From contig NZ_JAWVPF010000002.1 in assembly GCF_046592595.1 (NCBI RefSeq), forward strand, positions 430,985 to 494,984: a stretch of DNA of 64,000 nt. The letters run 5' to 3'. The notes beneath the pieces were generated by a model. It worked only from the letters and a program-made list of their open reading frames with translations. It ran no database searches and was not told where the DNA came from. Source of the stretch: Terribacillus saccharophilus (lineage in GTDB: Bacteria > Bacillota > Bacilli > Bacillales > Amphibacillaceae). A program made the position numbers and the translations under genes. This document shows, piece by piece, positions 10,915-21,638 of this stretch (the first letter of the stretch is position 1; each line of letters starts with the position of its first letter).

Positions 10915-11577
10915 TTAATTGATCAAGCGGGAAACACGGTTGATGTGAGAAGCTTTTTCCAATATATGCATCACATCATCTTCCACGTTTTGATCCGTCT
11001 CGATCACCATGAGCGCGTCCTTCCCGACATCCTTCCGGGAAACTTCCATATGCGCTATATTTATCTCGTGCTGTGCCAATATCTGCGTCACGGAAGCTAT
11101 CGCACCAAAACGATCATTATGCATTATCAAAATAGCCGGCTTATTGCCCGACATACGCAGTTCAAAGCCGTTCAGCTCTGTGATTTCCACTTTTCCGCCG
11201 CCGATAGATACTCCTACCAGCTCCATGCTGCTTTCTTCTGTACCCAGCTTGATTCTTGCTGTGTTTGGATGTTCCGTAGCAGCTGTATCTTCAATGAATT
11301 CAATTTTCATATTTTGTTTTTTTGCTGTCTCCAATGCGAACCTGATTCGATCATCATCTGTATCATAGCCGAGCAGGCCGCCGGCAATCGCCAAGTCCGT
11401 GCCATGACCGCGATACGTTTTCGCAAACGAGCCATATAAATGTACCGTTGCCCAAGTCGGTTCTATTCCAAAGATCAATCTTGCTGCGCGGCCGATACGA
11501 GCCGCTCCGGCAGTATGCGAACTGGATGGACCGACCATGACCGGCCCGATAATATCGAATACGGATTGATATTTCAT
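10915..11577 (-). CDS. sdaAB: L-serine dehydratase beta subunit.
   Basis: MKYQSVFDIIGPVMVGPSSSHTAGAARIG, with a C-terminal ACT domain. Confidence 0.85.
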   Translation of the reverse strand: MKYQSVFDIIGPVMVGPSSSHTAGAARIGRAARLIFGIEPTWATVHLYGSFAKTYRGHGTDLAIAGGLLGYDTDDDRIRFALETAKKQNMKIEFIEDTAATEHPNTARIKLGTEESSMELVGVSIGGGKVEITELNGFELRMSGNKPAILIMHNDRFGAIASVTQILAQHEINIAHMEVSRKDVGKDALMVIETDQNVEDDVMHILEKASHINRVSRLIN

Positions 11578-11640
11578 AGGATCACTCCTTCTTCTTCTAT
11601 TTTAGCATGCATCACACATATGTTCCTACTGCAACCATTG

Positions 11641-11663
11641 AAAAAAGCTCCCGTCAAGGAGCT
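11641..11663 (-). terminator. Intrinsic terminator after yloV.
   Basis: Hairpin AGCTCC-CGTCAA-GGAGCT followed by TTTTTT on the - strand, 10 nt after the yloV stop. Confidence 0.65.
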
Positions 11664-11673
11664 TTCCCCGTAA

Positions 11674-13320
11674 TTATTCAACTGCGACCAAGTACGTGTA
11701 TACAGGCTGATTTCCTTCGTGGATCTCCAATTCCGCTTCAGGGAATTTTCCTTCTACGAAATCCTCCAAGCGATCTTCAGCGTCGGCCGCGTCTTCTCCG
11801 CGAATAACTGTAATCAATTCATCCTCTTCACTGACCATTTGCTCAAGAAGCAGCTCAAGCGCTTCTTCCGCGCTGGAAGCAGCTGCTATGATCTTGCTTT
11901 CATGGATTGCGATAAATTGACCTTCTTTTATTGCTACTCCCTCGATTGTCGTATCACGAACAGCATGTGTCACTTGTCCGGACTTCACTTGAGAGATTGC
12001 TTCTGTCATAGCCTCAGCATTGCTTTCTGCTTGCTGGGAAGCATCGAAAGCTAGCAATGAACGCATCCCCTGCGGCACCGTCTTCGTCGGAACGACAAAT
12101 GCTTGCACCTCGGCCATTTCAGCTGCCTGCTCAGCAGCCATGATGATATTCTTATTATTAGGAAGGATATAGACAGAATCTGCATTGGCTGCTTTAATGG
12201 CATCCGCAATGTCCTGTGTGCTTGGATTCATGGTCTGTCCGCCTGAGATGACTACATTTGCTCCAAGACTCTCAAACAATGCTTTCACACCATCTCCCAT
12301 TGCTACCGTTACAATGGCATGCTGATTGCGTTCCTTCTTTTCTTTCGTACCGACAATCGCTGCATGCTGTTCCCGCATATTTTCTATTTTCATATTGATC
12401 AAACTGCCGAATGCCTGGCTATATGTCATCACTTCACCAGGATACTCTGTGTGAATATGCACCTTCACAACATCTTCATCAGCTACAACAAGCAAGGAAT
12501 CGCCTCTGCCGTTCAATTCCTCACGATACGCCTGCTCATCGAAAGGATGTTCCTTCAGCTTGTCCGCTTCGAATTTGACCATAAATTCTGTGCAATAGCC
12601 ATATGTGATATCAGCTGTATCCAAAAAGTCCTGCGCCTGCTTATGATGCTCCGCACTGACGAGATTCTCCATCTTGCCATGCTGTACCTCCGCAGGCAGT
12701 TCTTCTCCTGTCAATGCTGCAAGGAATCCTTCATAAACAGTGACCAGACCTTGACCTCCGCTGTCCACAACACCGACTTCCTTCAAAACTGGAAGCAAAT
12801 CAGGTGTACGGCTTAAACTTTCTTTTGCAGATTCCACCACATATCTGAACAGCTGGATTGGATCCGCCTCAGACTTGGATTTTTCGACTGCAGCTGCTGC
12901 AGCATCCTTTGCTACTGTAAGGATTGTTCCTTCAACAGGCTTCATCACAGCTTTATAAGCCGTTTTGACTCCTGCATCCAATGCATTGGCCAGCTGACCG
13001 GCTGTCAGATCCTTTTGCCCTTCCAATGCTTTGGCAAAGCCACGGAAAAGCTGAGAGAGGATGACTCCAGAGTTACCCCTTGCTCCCATCAGCAGACCTT
13101 TGGCAAAAGCAGCAGCAAGCACGCCGACTTCTTCACTATCGGACTCTTGCACAGCTTTTGCCCCAGACGTCATCGTCAAATTCATGTTTGTCCCCGTATC
13201 GCCATCTGGCACAGGAAATACATTAAGCGCATCAATCGTCTCAGCGTTATTCGCCAGATGATGTGCACCAGTCAGCAGCATTCCCGCAAATGTCTTTCCA
13301 TCCACATTTCCAACACTCAA
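11674..13320 (-). CDS. fakA: DAK2-domain protein YloV, the fatty-acid kinase FakA homologue.
   Basis: N-terminal Dak2 motif ALNVFPVPDGDTGTNMNLT. Near-identical N-terminus to B. subtilis YloV. Synteny. Confidence 0.85.
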   Translation of the reverse strand: MSVGNVDGKTFAGMLLTGAHHLANNAETIDALNVFPVPDGDTGTNMNLTMTSGAKAVQESDSEEVGVLAAAFAKGLLMGARGNSGVILSQLFRGFAKALEGQKDLTAGQLANALDAGVKTAYKAVMKPVEGTILTVAKDAAAAAVEKSKSEADPIQLFRYVVESAKESLSRTPDLLPVLKEVGVVDSGGQGLVTVYEGFLAALTGEELPAEVQHGKMENLVSAEHHKQAQDFLDTADITYGYCTEFMVKFEADKLKEHPFDEQAYREELNGRGDSLLVVADEDVVKVHIHTEYPGEVMTYSQAFGSLINMKIENMREQHAAIVGTKEKKERNQHAIVTVAMGDGVKALFESLGANVVISGGQTMNPSTQDIADAIKAANADSVYILPNNKNIIMAAEQAAEMAEVQAFVVPTKTVPQGMRSLLAFDASQQAESNAEAMTEAISQVKSGQVTHAVRDTTIEGVAIKEGQFIAIHESKIIAAASSAEEALELLLEQMVSEEDELITVIRGEDAADAEDRLEDFVEGKFPEAELEIHEGNQPVYTYLVAVE

Positions 13321-13350
13321 ACTGTTTCCTCCTTAAATCTGCCGGCTATC

Positions 13351-13713
13351 CTAGTCTGCAGAAACACTGACGCCTTGTATATAAATGTTCACAGAGCTCG
13401 TCAGTACGCCCAATGCCCGATCCAATGTATATTTCACTTGGGACTGCACATTATGTGCAACCTCGGATATCTTCGTTCCATAACTTACAATAATATGCAA
13501 GTCGATCTGGACTTTGTTATCCGCCTGGGTAACAACTATCCCTTTCGAGTAGTTCTCCCTGCGGAGAATTTCTGCTATGCCGTCACGTAATTGATGTTTG
13601 GAAGCCATACCCACGATGCCGTAGCATTTTACCGCGGCACTTCCTGCCAATGTTGCGATCACATCCGTGGCGATCGTAATACTTCCATCTTCTGTATTCA
13701 GATGAAGGGTCAT
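13351..13713 (-). CDS. yloU: Asp23/Gls24-family alkaline shock protein YloU.
   Basis: The Asp23-family motif IAGSAAVKCYGIVGMAS (IA..AA....G..GMAS; the B. subtilis counterpart recalled from memory is IAGAAAVEAYGLVGMAS). The start is MTLHLN with RBS AGGAGGAG. The longer track ORF has no RBS. Confidence 0.75.
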   Translation of the reverse strand: MTLHLNTEDGSITIATDVIATLAGSAAVKCYGIVGMASKHQLRDGIAEILRRENYSKGIVVTQADNKVQIDLHIIVSYGTKISEVAHNVQSQVKYTLDRALGVLTSSVNIYIQGVSVSAD

Positions 13714-13931
13714 ACGGCTCCTCCTAACGCTTCTCAAATCTATCCCTACTATACTATATGGAAGCTCCATTTGAAAGCGGATTAAAATTAGCCCTTTTTA
13801 CAATGCCAGCTAAACAGATTACTGTCAAGTAATTTTTCTTGATATATTTTTGTTAGATTATTGCATTACGTGCCGAGTTGTGATAAATTTGTTTAGTGTT
13901 ACAAACTACTCGTAATATTAGGAGGGATAAC

Positions 13932-14120
13932 ATGGGACGCAAATGTGTAATCACAGGACGTACTACTCGTTCTGGTAATGCTCGTTCTCATGCCATGAAC
14001 GCTAATAAACGTACTTGGAAAGCAAACGTTCAAAAAGTTCGCATTCTTGTTGACGGTAAACCGAAAAAAGTTTACGTTTCAGCTCGTGCGCTTAAAAAAG
14101 GTAACATCGAACGCGTATAA
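13932..14120 (+). CDS. rpmB: 50S ribosomal protein L28.
   Basis: 62 aa, [66 protein letters not shown]. Confidence 0.95.
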   Translation: MGRKCVITGRTTRSGNARSHAMNANKRTWKANVQKVRILVDGKPKKVYVSARALKKGNIERV

Positions 14121-14163
14121 ATAGCATTTCTAAAATACTTTTATGGTAGCATTCGCATGCGAC

Positions 14164-14200
14164 AAAAAAAGCACCCTTTTTCAAAAGGAGTGCTTTTTTT
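14164..14200. terminator. Bidirectional terminator between rpmB (+) and spoVM (-).
   Basis: AAAAAAA-GCACCCTTTT-tc-AAAAGGAGTGC-TTTTTTT. Confidence 0.8.
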
Positions 14201-14203
14201 GTG

Positions 14204-14284
14204 CTAATCTTTTTTAAACGTTCCGATAATGACGCGGACAAAGCCACCGATGAACCTCGGGAGTTTAAAGGTATAAAATTTCAT
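14204..14284 (-). CDS. spoVM: Stage V sporulation protein M, 26 aa. The ORF track missed it because of its size.
   Basis: The reverse strand translates to MKFYTFKLPRFIGGFVRVIIGTFKKD, nearly identical to B. subtilis SpoVM (MKFYTIKLPKFLGGIVRAMLGSFRKD). RBS GGAGGAAGGGG. It sits between thiN and rpmB as in B. subtilis. Confidence 0.9.
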   Translation of the reverse strand: MKFYTFKLPRFIGGFVRVIIGTFKKD

Positions 14285-14330
14285 AAGATCCCCTTCCTCC
14301 TTTTTCCTGAGCAGCCTAACGCTGTAGCTT

Positions 14331-14975
14331 TTAAACATCCTTGCTCTTTATCATTATTACTATGCCTGAAGCGAATGAATAAGTACCAGTTTGTGCAACA
14401 AGCTCATTGGAGATGGACAATGTTTCTCCCCAATGGATTGAAGCATCTGTTAAAGGATATTTAAAGCCAGTCAATGTTAGACCAGTAACTTGCTCGGAGA
14501 AGGAAAGAAATGATATATATCGGTATGTATCATCTTGTTCTGTCCGGTATGAGCCCGGTCGGTGCATCCGGATATTGTTTTGCGAATCAATGATCACTGC
14601 TTGCTCGAAACTGTCAAGCAGCCGGTAAAGCATCTGGATGTTGATCAGTTCATGATCAAGCCTTCCGCCAGTCACTCCATATACTGCTACATAAGCGGCG
14701 CCCATTTCTTCCGCTTGCCGAATCGCGAGTTCAAAATCCGTTTCATCTTTTTCGGGCGGATAAACCAGCACCTGATCTGCATACTGACGGATCGTAAGCA
14801 ATTCTTCTTCTGATACAGAATCAAAATCACCGATTGCCACTTTCATCCGGATGCCGGCAGATGCAAGTGCCAATGCACCTGCGTCTGCTCCGATCCAAAC
14901 GTGATGATGTTCAGAGTGTAAGTCCGGCAGTCTACCTGCACCGCCGACAAGCCCGATACTAAGCTTGGTACTCAT
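14331..14975 (-). CDS. thiN: Thiamine pyrophosphokinase.
   Basis: Matches B. subtilis ThiN/YloS (RYISFLSF, LTLTGFKYPL). Synteny. Confidence 0.8.
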   Translation of the reverse strand: MSTKLSIGLVGGAGRLPDLHSEHHHVWIGADAGALALASAGIRMKVAIGDFDSVSEEELLTIRQYADQVLVYPPEKDETDFELAIRQAEEMGAAYVAVYGVTGGRLDHELINIQMLYRLLDSFEQAVIIDSQNNIRMHRPGSYRTEQDDTYRYISFLSFSEQVTGLTLTGFKYPLTDASIHWGETLSISNELVAQTGTYSFASGIVIMIKSKDV

Positions 14976-14978
14976 ACT

Positions 14979-15635
14979 TCATTCAGCTGCTTTCCGGATT
15001 GCCGCAATTGCTTCAGCCCGGTCTTCCTGATTATAGACAGCACTTCCGGCAACTAACACATCCGCCCCTGCATCCGTACATAGACCTGCTGTTTCGATAT
15101 TCACACCGCCATCTATCTCGATTTCAAAATCAAGCTCGAGTGCTTCGCGAAGCTTGGACAGCTCTTCTACTTTCTTCAGCACGGAAGGAATAAATCGCTG
15201 GCCGCCAAAGCCCGGATTCACCGTCATCAATAACACCATGTCCAACTCTGGCAAGATCTCTTCAATCAAGCTGACCGGAGTGGCAGGATTCAATACTACG
15301 CCAGCTTTTACTCCTTGTTCTTTGATCATCATGATTGTACGGTGCAAATGGACACAAGCTTCTTGGTGCACTGTAATGATATCGGCTCCAGCCTTGACGA
15401 AAGCCTCAATGTATTGATCCGGATTTTCGATCATCAAATGCACATCAAGGGGCAGCTTCGTCACAGGACGGATTGCCTCTACGATAAGGGGGCCGATCGT
15501 TATATTCGGGACAAAATGACCGTCCATGACATCAACATGGATGTAGTCGGCTCCGCCCTGTTCCACATCCCGAATTTCATTTGCCAAATTGGCGAAGTCA
15601 GCTGAAAGAATAGATGGTGCGATTTTCGTCATCAT
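14979..15635 (-). CDS. rpe: Ribulose-phosphate 3-epimerase.
   Basis: KIAPSILSADFANL and HVDVMDGHFVPN motifs. Confidence 0.9.
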   Translation of the reverse strand: MMTKIAPSILSADFANLANEIRDVEQGGADYIHVDVMDGHFVPNITIGPLIVEAIRPVTKLPLDVHLMIENPDQYIEAFVKAGADIITVHQEACVHLHRTIMMIKEQGVKAGVVLNPATPVSLIEEILPELDMVLLMTVNPGFGGQRFIPSVLKKVEELSKLREALELDFEIEIDGGVNIETAGLCTDAGADVLVAGSAVYNQEDRAEAIAAIRKAAE

Positions 15636-16519
15636 TAATACCTCGGCTTTCTCGATTTGATTTCCTCTAGGAACTGCAGATAATGCGTGTAGCGGTATTC
15701 AGGGACCTCTCCTGATTCGACCGCTAGTTTTACCGCACATTTCGGTTCCTTGTGATGCATGCAGCCCCTGAATTTACAGTCGTCTTCTCTTGCCCTGAAT
15801 TCAGGGAAACAAGATGGCAGCTCCTCAGCTTCCAGTTCAGTGAACTCCAATGAGCTGAATCCGGGTGTGTCCGCTACAAGGCCGCCGCCGATTGGTATAA
15901 GTTCCACATGCCTTGTCGTATGGCGTCCGCGACCCAGACTTTCGGATATCTCATTTGTTTCCAATTCCAGATGCGGATCAATAGCATTCAGCATCGAAGA
16001 CTTGCCGACACCTGACTGACCTGCTATGACTGAAATCTTATCTTTCATATGGAGCTGCACTTGCTCCAAATTGGTTTCTTCTTTGGAGGAAAGCATCTCA
16101 ACCGAATATCCAATCTCTTGATAGTCCTTTTTAAAAGCTTCAATTCTATCCAATTGATCGTCTGACAGCATGTCCATTTTCGTAATGAGGATGATTGGCT
16201 CGATAGCTTTTGATTCCACCAATACAAGGAATCGGTCAAGCAATGCTGTGCTGAAATCCGGCTGTGCTGCAGATGTTACGATGATTGCCTGATCGATATT
16301 GGCAATCGGCGGCCTGACAAGCTCATTCTTCCGCGGGCGTACATCCAGTACATAGCCTTCTTGCTTCGTCTCAGCTTCGAATTCTACTTGGTCACCGACC
16401 AACGGTGTTATCTTCTGTTTTCGGAATACACCTCTGCCACGGCATTGATAGGTCTCTCCGTCTTCTGTAAGCACGTAATAAAATCCGCTCAGTGCTTTCA
16501 TAATCTTACCTGATGGCAT
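15635..16519 (-). CDS. rsgA: Ribosome small-subunit biogenesis GTPase RsgA/CpgA.
   Basis: Circularly permuted GTPase with GQSGVGKSS and HTTRH motifs and a C-terminal zinc finger CKFRGCMHHKEPKC. Confidence 0.9.
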   Translation of the reverse strand: MPSGKIMKALSGFYYVLTEDGETYQCRGRGVFRKQKITPLVGDQVEFEAETKQEGYVLDVRPRKNELVRPPIANIDQAIIVTSAAQPDFSTALLDRFLVLVESKAIEPIILITKMDMLSDDQLDRIEAFKKDYQEIGYSVEMLSSKEETNLEQVQLHMKDKISVIAGQSGVGKSSMLNAIDPHLELETNEISESLGRGRHTTRHVELIPIGGGLVADTPGFSSLEFTELEAEELPSCFPEFRAREDDCKFRGCMHHKEPKCAVKLAVESGEVPEYRYTHYLQFLEEIKSRKPRY

Positions 16520-18523
16520 TTATTCACCTTCCCTGTCTTCATACGGAACCGTTTTTTCCAAAACTACTTCATCATCACGCAAAACACGATATTCAGCTTC
16601 TCCGCCAGCAGGTATGCTGAGCGTAAGCGTAATTTCCTCATCTTCTGTGATCGTACGTTCATCATAGAGCTCCGTTACATCATGATCTGCATCTCCTACA
16701 TAAAGCTGGACTGTCTGCGGGACAGGATCATCTTGTGTCTCTCCATCTTGTCCTTCTTCACCCTCTTGAGTATCAGCTGGCTCATAAGGAACAGTAAATG
16801 TTACCGTATGCGTCGCAGGAGGCAGATTCTCCGGACCAGTTGAAACATACAAATCAACGCTGCCATTTTCTTCAATTGATTGTCCTGATCCTGGATCATG
16901 CCGAATCACGACACCTTCTTCGATTTCATCTGACGGTTGTTCGATAAAGTTGCCATCCAAATCATTTTTATCTAAATAGGATTGCGCTTCCTCTTCCGTC
17001 ATCCCAATCAAATCTGTCAACGTCACTGCTTCCGGTCCTTTGCTTACTTCAAAAATGACTGTTGTATCCTCTGGGACCACCTTTGATCCCGCTTGCGGCT
17101 GTATTTGAGAGATAATCGTACCTACTGGCTCATCAGAGAACTCCTCATAAGAGCGTACATTTTTATAACCCTTATCATCCAATAGTTTTTCCACTTGGGA
17201 AAATGTTTTTCCCTCGTAATCATCAAATTCTTCTTTTTCCTTGCCGATACTTGTATAGACTGTCACACTGGTACCTTCTTTGATCTTACTGCCAGCTGAG
17301 GGATCTGTCTTGACGACACTTCCTTCTTCTACCGTATCAGAAGCGGTCGCTTCCCGTTTTACGTGCAAATCAAGGTCAGATAGCTTATCGACAGCATCTG
17401 CGTAAGAATCCCCTCTTACATCGATCATCGTAACTTCTTTTGGTGCTGTAGCAAGTACGATACCTACGCCTGCACCCGCAAGCAATAAGAGTATGACAGT
17501 AATCCATATAAGCACTTTCCATCGTTTTTTCTTCTTTTTCGGTTTTTTCTGCTCTTCTTGTTTCGGTGGATTCGTATGACCGTTATGTACGATCGTATCA
17601 GCTAACGACGCTTTATTCAGATCCTTCTCCGAAATGATCGGAATAGCTTTCGTAGTTTCTCCATCATCCTTCGGCGGCGCGTAACGCGGTTCATCCGCCC
17701 GGGACGGATTCAGACATGTTTCCAAGTCCGTCTCCATATCGTATGTGCTCATATAACGGTAAAAAGGGTCTTTGGTAGTAGCTTTTAATACGATATTTTC
17801 GACACTTTGCGGAATATCGCCAGCCCATCTTCTGACGGATGGTGTGTCCGTCTGAAGATGCTTCAAAGCAATACTGACGGCTGATTCACCGGAGAATGGC
17901 AAACGACCAGTTAGCAATTCGAACATGACAATACCTAGGGAATAAACATCTGACTTCTTGGTAGCTATGCCTCCCCTGGCTTGTTCGGGTGACAAATAGT
18001 GCACAGAACCCAACATGGCATTCGTCTGTGTCAATGATGTCGCACTCAACGCTGTGGCGATGCCAAAATCGGTTACTTTTACTTTTCCATAGTCATCTAT
18101 CAGGATATTCTGCGGTTTGATGTCACGATGAACGATTCCATTCGCGTGTGCGTGTGAAATCGCGGAAGTGACTTGTTTCATTATATCGACTGTATCAGGT
18201 ACCACAATTGGACCATGCGTCTGTATGTACTGCTTCAATGTCATTCCGCTGACATATTCCATGATCATATAGTAGATGCCTTCCTCATCCCCCACATCAT
18301 ATATCGTAACGATATTCGGATGTGAAAGACTGGTTGCCGCGTGGGCTTCCCGGTGAAACCTTGCAATGAATTCATCATCATTCGCATATTCCAGCTTCAG
18401 GACTTTGATGGCGACTTCGCGATCGAGGATGATATCCTGGCCAAGATAAACATTTGCCATACCGCCTCCGCCGATCAGACGGTGAATTTCGTACCGTTCA
18501 TTCAGCGTACGTCCTTCGAGCAT
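16520..18523 (-). CDS. prkC: Ser/Thr protein kinase PrkC with PASTA repeats.
   Basis: Kinase motifs GGGGMANVY and HRDIKPQN, a TM segment, and three PASTA repeats. The start is taken at MLEGRTLNERYEI. Confidence 0.85.
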   Translation of the reverse strand: MLEGRTLNERYEIHRLIGGGGMANVYLGQDIILDREVAIKVLKLEYANDDEFIARFHREAHAATSLSHPNIVTIYDVGDEEGIYYMIMEYVSGMTLKQYIQTHGPIVVPDTVDIMKQVTSAISHAHANGIVHRDIKPQNILIDDYGKVKVTDFGIATALSATSLTQTNAMLGSVHYLSPEQARGGIATKKSDVYSLGIVMFELLTGRLPFSGESAVSIALKHLQTDTPSVRRWAGDIPQSVENIVLKATTKDPFYRYMSTYDMETDLETCLNPSRADEPRYAPPKDDGETTKAIPIISEKDLNKASLADTIVHNGHTNPPKQEEQKKPKKKKKRWKVLIWITVILLLLAGAGVGIVLATAPKEVTMIDVRGDSYADAVDKLSDLDLHVKREATASDTVEEGSVVKTDPSAGSKIKEGTSVTVYTSIGKEKEEFDDYEGKTFSQVEKLLDDKGYKNVRSYEEFSDEPVGTIISQIQPQAGSKVVPEDTTVIFEVSKGPEAVTLTDLIGMTEEEAQSYLDKNDLDGNFIEQPSDEIEEGVVIRHDPGSGQSIEENGSVDLYVSTGPENLPPATHTVTFTVPYEPADTQEGEEGQDGETQDDPVPQTVQLYVGDADHDVTELYDERTITEDEEITLTLSIPAGGEAEYRVLRDDEVVLEKTVPYEDREGE

Positions 18524-18524
18524 G

Positions 18525-19289
18525 CTATGCACCCTCCCGGACAGGTGTATCAGCCAAATCGGCAATGATCAGGGAAATATTATCTTCCCCGCCTCGCTCA
18601 TTGGCAACCGTCACGAGCTGCGAAGCAATATGTTCAATCTCTTCTCCAGAAGTGAGGTGCTCCAAAAGCTCCTGCTTGTCGAATTTATTTGACAATCCAT
18701 CCGAGCACAACAGAAGGCGATCTCCGGCTTCCCAAGTGATCGACACCAAATCCATCTCTACATCCTGATCCGTTCCGAGTGCACGCAGCAAGACATTCTT
18801 CCGCGGATGGTGCTCGGCGTCCTGTTCTGTTATCTCACCAGATCGGACCAGTTCATTTACGAGGGAATGGTCCTCTGTCACTTGTTTGAACCCTTCTTCA
18901 TTCAGCAAGTAGCAGCGGCTATCCCCAATATGGGCGATGGTAACGAAATCGTCTGTGCAAACAGCAGCGACAACTGTCGTTCCCATGCCTGTCAATTCTG
19001 CGCTCTGACGTGATTCTTCATACACGCGTAAATTGACAGCTTTAATTGCTTGCTTGATTGCCTCTTCTGTCTTTTGCGGAGAATCGAAGCTGGCAGCAGA
19101 CTCCCACCATGTGCGTAAATGGGAAATGGCTAGCTGACTGGCAACATCACCTGCTTTATGTCCGCCCATACCATCAGCAATGACAGCAAGGTATTGTTCA
19201 TTGGAATTGGAAAATACCCCGCCTGCGTCTTCGTTATGACTTCTGATCTGACCACGATCGGTAATGAAAAAACCTCTCACGCTTTTCAC
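18525..19289 (-). CDS. prpC: PP2C-type Ser/Thr phosphatase PrpC.
   Basis: PP2C motifs DGMGGH and DGLSN. It is paired with prkC. Confidence 0.85.
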   Translation of the reverse strand: MKSVRGFFITDRGQIRSHNEDAGGVFSNSNEQYLAVIADGMGGHKAGDVASQLAISHLRTWWESAASFDSPQKTEEAIKQAIKAVNLRVYEESRQSAELTGMGTTVVAAVCTDDFVTIAHIGDSRCYLLNEEGFKQVTEDHSLVNELVRSGEITEQDAEHHPRKNVLLRALGTDQDVEMDLVSITWEAGDRLLLCSDGLSNKFDKQELLEHLTSGEEIEHIASQLVTVANERGGEDNISLIIADLADTPVREGA

Positions 19290-19339
19290 CTCATCTATAT
19301 GCAGTCTGTTGTTGCTCCAAATTCATCCTACCACATTTT

Positions 19340-20683
19340 TTACCCTTTTCTAACAAGCCGGACAAGGAAAAAGCCATCCGTATCAAAATCCTGAGGGAAT
19401 ACTTGCAAACCTGCATCCGTTAGACCAGGGGCATCCTTGACAGCTTGCGGTAAATCAGCCTGGAATTCCGGATCGACTTGAAATTCTGGATGCTGCTCCA
19501 GAAAAGCTCGGACAACTTGTTCATTCTCGGCTTGATCCACTGTACACGTACTGTAAACTAATTTTCCGTCCTTCTTCAAAAGCGGTGCCACCTCTTCCAG
19601 CAAGTCAGCCTGAATGGAAGCAAGTGACAAAACATCTTGTTCCGATTTATGATACTTGATATCCGGCTTCCCTCTAAGCACACCTAGTCCGGAGCATGGT
19701 GCATCAAGTAAAATACGATCGAAACTCTCCGGTTTATGCTGCTCCTGCAAGTTCCGTGCATCTGCTTGATTGGCTTCGATAATAGTCAGCTTCAGCTTCT
19801 CCGCTTTTTGCTGTACCTGCTTTGCTTTCTTGGCATGCAGATCATAGGCGAAAAGTTTCCCTTTATTTTCCATAGTTTCGGCAATATGAGTCGTTTTTCC
19901 GCCCGGTGCACTGCACGCATCCAAAACTGTCATACCTGCTGCCGCATCAACCATCTGACCAGCCAGCATACTCGTCTGATCTTGGACAGTCACCTGATTG
20001 GAAAGGAATAAATCACTTTTCAGGATGTTCCCTTCTTCCACGATGATGCCTTGCGGATTGATACTTGATGGACGAATCTTGAATCCTTGGGACTCCAGCT
20101 CTTCCATCGCTTCCTCGCGCGAGATCAGCATTGGCTGCACGCGCACACTTATCGGCTTTTCCACTTGGTTAACGGCACACATTTCGCGTGCTGTCTTCTC
20201 TCCATATTGTGAAATCCAGCGTTCGACAAGCCACTGCGGGTGACTTGTTTCCAGTGAGATGCGCTCAGCAGAATCTTGGATGTCATCCAATTTAGGGAAT
20301 CCTTTTCGCTGGGCATTACGCAGGACTGCATTCACAAGCGATGCGATACCTTTATGGCCCCGCTGCTTGGCTATTTCGACGGATTCATGGATGACAGCAT
20401 GATCGGGCACCCGGTCCAATTTGTACATTTGATAAAAGGCAGATAATAAAAGCCATTTCGCCCATGGTTCCAATTTCTTTGTTACAAAGTGACGAAGGAA
20501 ATACTCCAACGTCAGTTTATAAGATAATGTTCCATAGACGATTTCGGTTAGCAGACCTGTGTCTCTGCTGTCAAAACCTTTATTGCGGATTGTCTGATCC
20601 AGCAGTAAATGACTGTAGCCTCCCTGGTCTCCAATACGGGATAACAAAGTGACAGCTGTGTCACGCAGTTCATACTTCTTCAT
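19340..20683 (-). CDS. rsmB: 16S rRNA (cytosine967-C5) methyltransferase RsmB.
   Basis: NusB-like N-terminus with a SAM methyltransferase domain ([16 protein letters not shown]). Confidence 0.85.
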   Translation of the reverse strand: MKKYELRDTAVTLLSRIGDQGGYSHLLLDQTIRNKGFDSRDTGLLTEIVYGTLSYKLTLEYFLRHFVTKKLEPWAKWLLLSAFYQMYKLDRVPDHAVIHESVEIAKQRGHKGIASLVNAVLRNAQRKGFPKLDDIQDSAERISLETSHPQWLVERWISQYGEKTAREMCAVNQVEKPISVRVQPMLISREEAMEELESQGFKIRPSSINPQGIIVEEGNILKSDLFLSNQVTVQDQTSMLAGQMVDAAAGMTVLDACSAPGGKTTHIAETMENKGKLFAYDLHAKKAKQVQQKAEKLKLTIIEANQADARNLQEQHKPESFDRILLDAPCSGLGVLRGKPDIKYHKSEQDVLSLASIQADLLEEVAPLLKKDGKLVYSTCTVDQAENEQVVRAFLEQHPEFQVDPEFQADLPQAVKDAPGLTDAGLQVFPQDFDTDGFFLVRLVRKG

Positions 20684-21620
20684 GCTGGCCCAACCTTTCT
20701 CCAGCTTGCATGTCTTTGCCTACACCGCGCAGATAATCTGCTGCAGTCATTTGCTTTTTGCCTGCTGGCTGCACCTGAGTCAATTTAATTGCCGTGTTAT
20801 TACCGCATGCAACGATAATGCCATCGGCTTCAACGCTTACAATCTCTCCAGGTGCTCCTTCATATTCACGATCCAGAAGTTCACTCCACCATATCTTGAA
20901 AGGCTTGTCCCTGTACATTGTAAAAGCTACAGGCCATGGATGCATGCCTCGGATATGATTGAACACTTCCCAGTTTGATCGGTTCCAATCAATCACTTCT
21001 TGCTCCCGTTTTATTGTTGGGGCAAAGGTTACTTTCTCTTCGTCCTGTTTGACTGGATTCACGGAACGAGCAAAAATATCAGGAAGGATATCGTGAACCA
21101 TTTCCGCACCAAGTGTTGCCAATTTATCATGCATCGTACCTACATGATCCTTCATTGTAATTGGTACCGAACGCTGCAGGAGCATATCGCCGGCATCCAG
21201 CTTTTCGACCATATACATGATTGTAACGCCCGTCTCAGCCTTTCCTTGCTGGATGGCATAATGGATAGGTGCACCGCCGCGAAGTTCCGGCAGCAAGCTG
21301 GCATGTACATTGATACAGCCATATTGCGGATAATCAAGCAATTCTTTTGGCAATATCTGTCCAAACGCAGCAGTCACGATCAAATCCGGCTCATAGGAAA
21401 AGATTTCTTCGTAACTTTGCTTGATTTTCTCCGGCTGATAAACCGGGATCCCGTGCTTGAGAGCTTCCTCCTTCACAGGTGAACTGGTGAGGATGCGCTT
21501 GCGGCCTTTCGGGCGGTCAGGCTGGGTGACAACGAGCACCACCTCGCAATCTTCCTCTGTCAGCTGTTTTAGTACGGGTACTGCAAAATCTGGTGTACCC
21601 ATGAATACGATTCGTTTCAT
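20670..21620 (-). CDS. fmt: Methionyl-tRNA formyltransferase.
   Basis: [17 protein letters not shown] and the [14 protein letters not shown] motif. Confidence 0.9.
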   Translation of the reverse strand: MKRIVFMGTPDFAVPVLKQLTEEDCEVVLVVTQPDRPKGRKRILTSSPVKEEALKHGIPVYQPEKIKQSYEEIFSYEPDLIVTAAFGQILPKELLDYPQYGCINVHASLLPELRGGAPIHYAIQQGKAETGVTIMYMVEKLDAGDMLLQRSVPITMKDHVGTMHDKLATLGAEMVHDILPDIFARSVNPVKQDEEKVTFAPTIKREQEVIDWNRSNWEVFNHIRGMHPWPVAFTMYRDKPFKIWWSELLDREYEGAPGEIVSVEADGIIVACGNNTAIKLTQVQPAGKKQMTAADYLRGVGKDMQAGERLGQHEEV

Positions 21621-21638
21621 TCAAAAAAAGCTCCTTTC

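Noticed and set aside
13015-13590. 191-aa + strand ORF spanning yloV/yloU.
   Set aside because: It is antisense to two well-conserved genes and has no RBS. The same applies to other long antisense ORFs: 22071-22691 in priA, 25488-26054 in gmk/rpoZ, 39907-40599 in carB, 45514-46035 in pyrP, and 10073-10678 in sdaAA.
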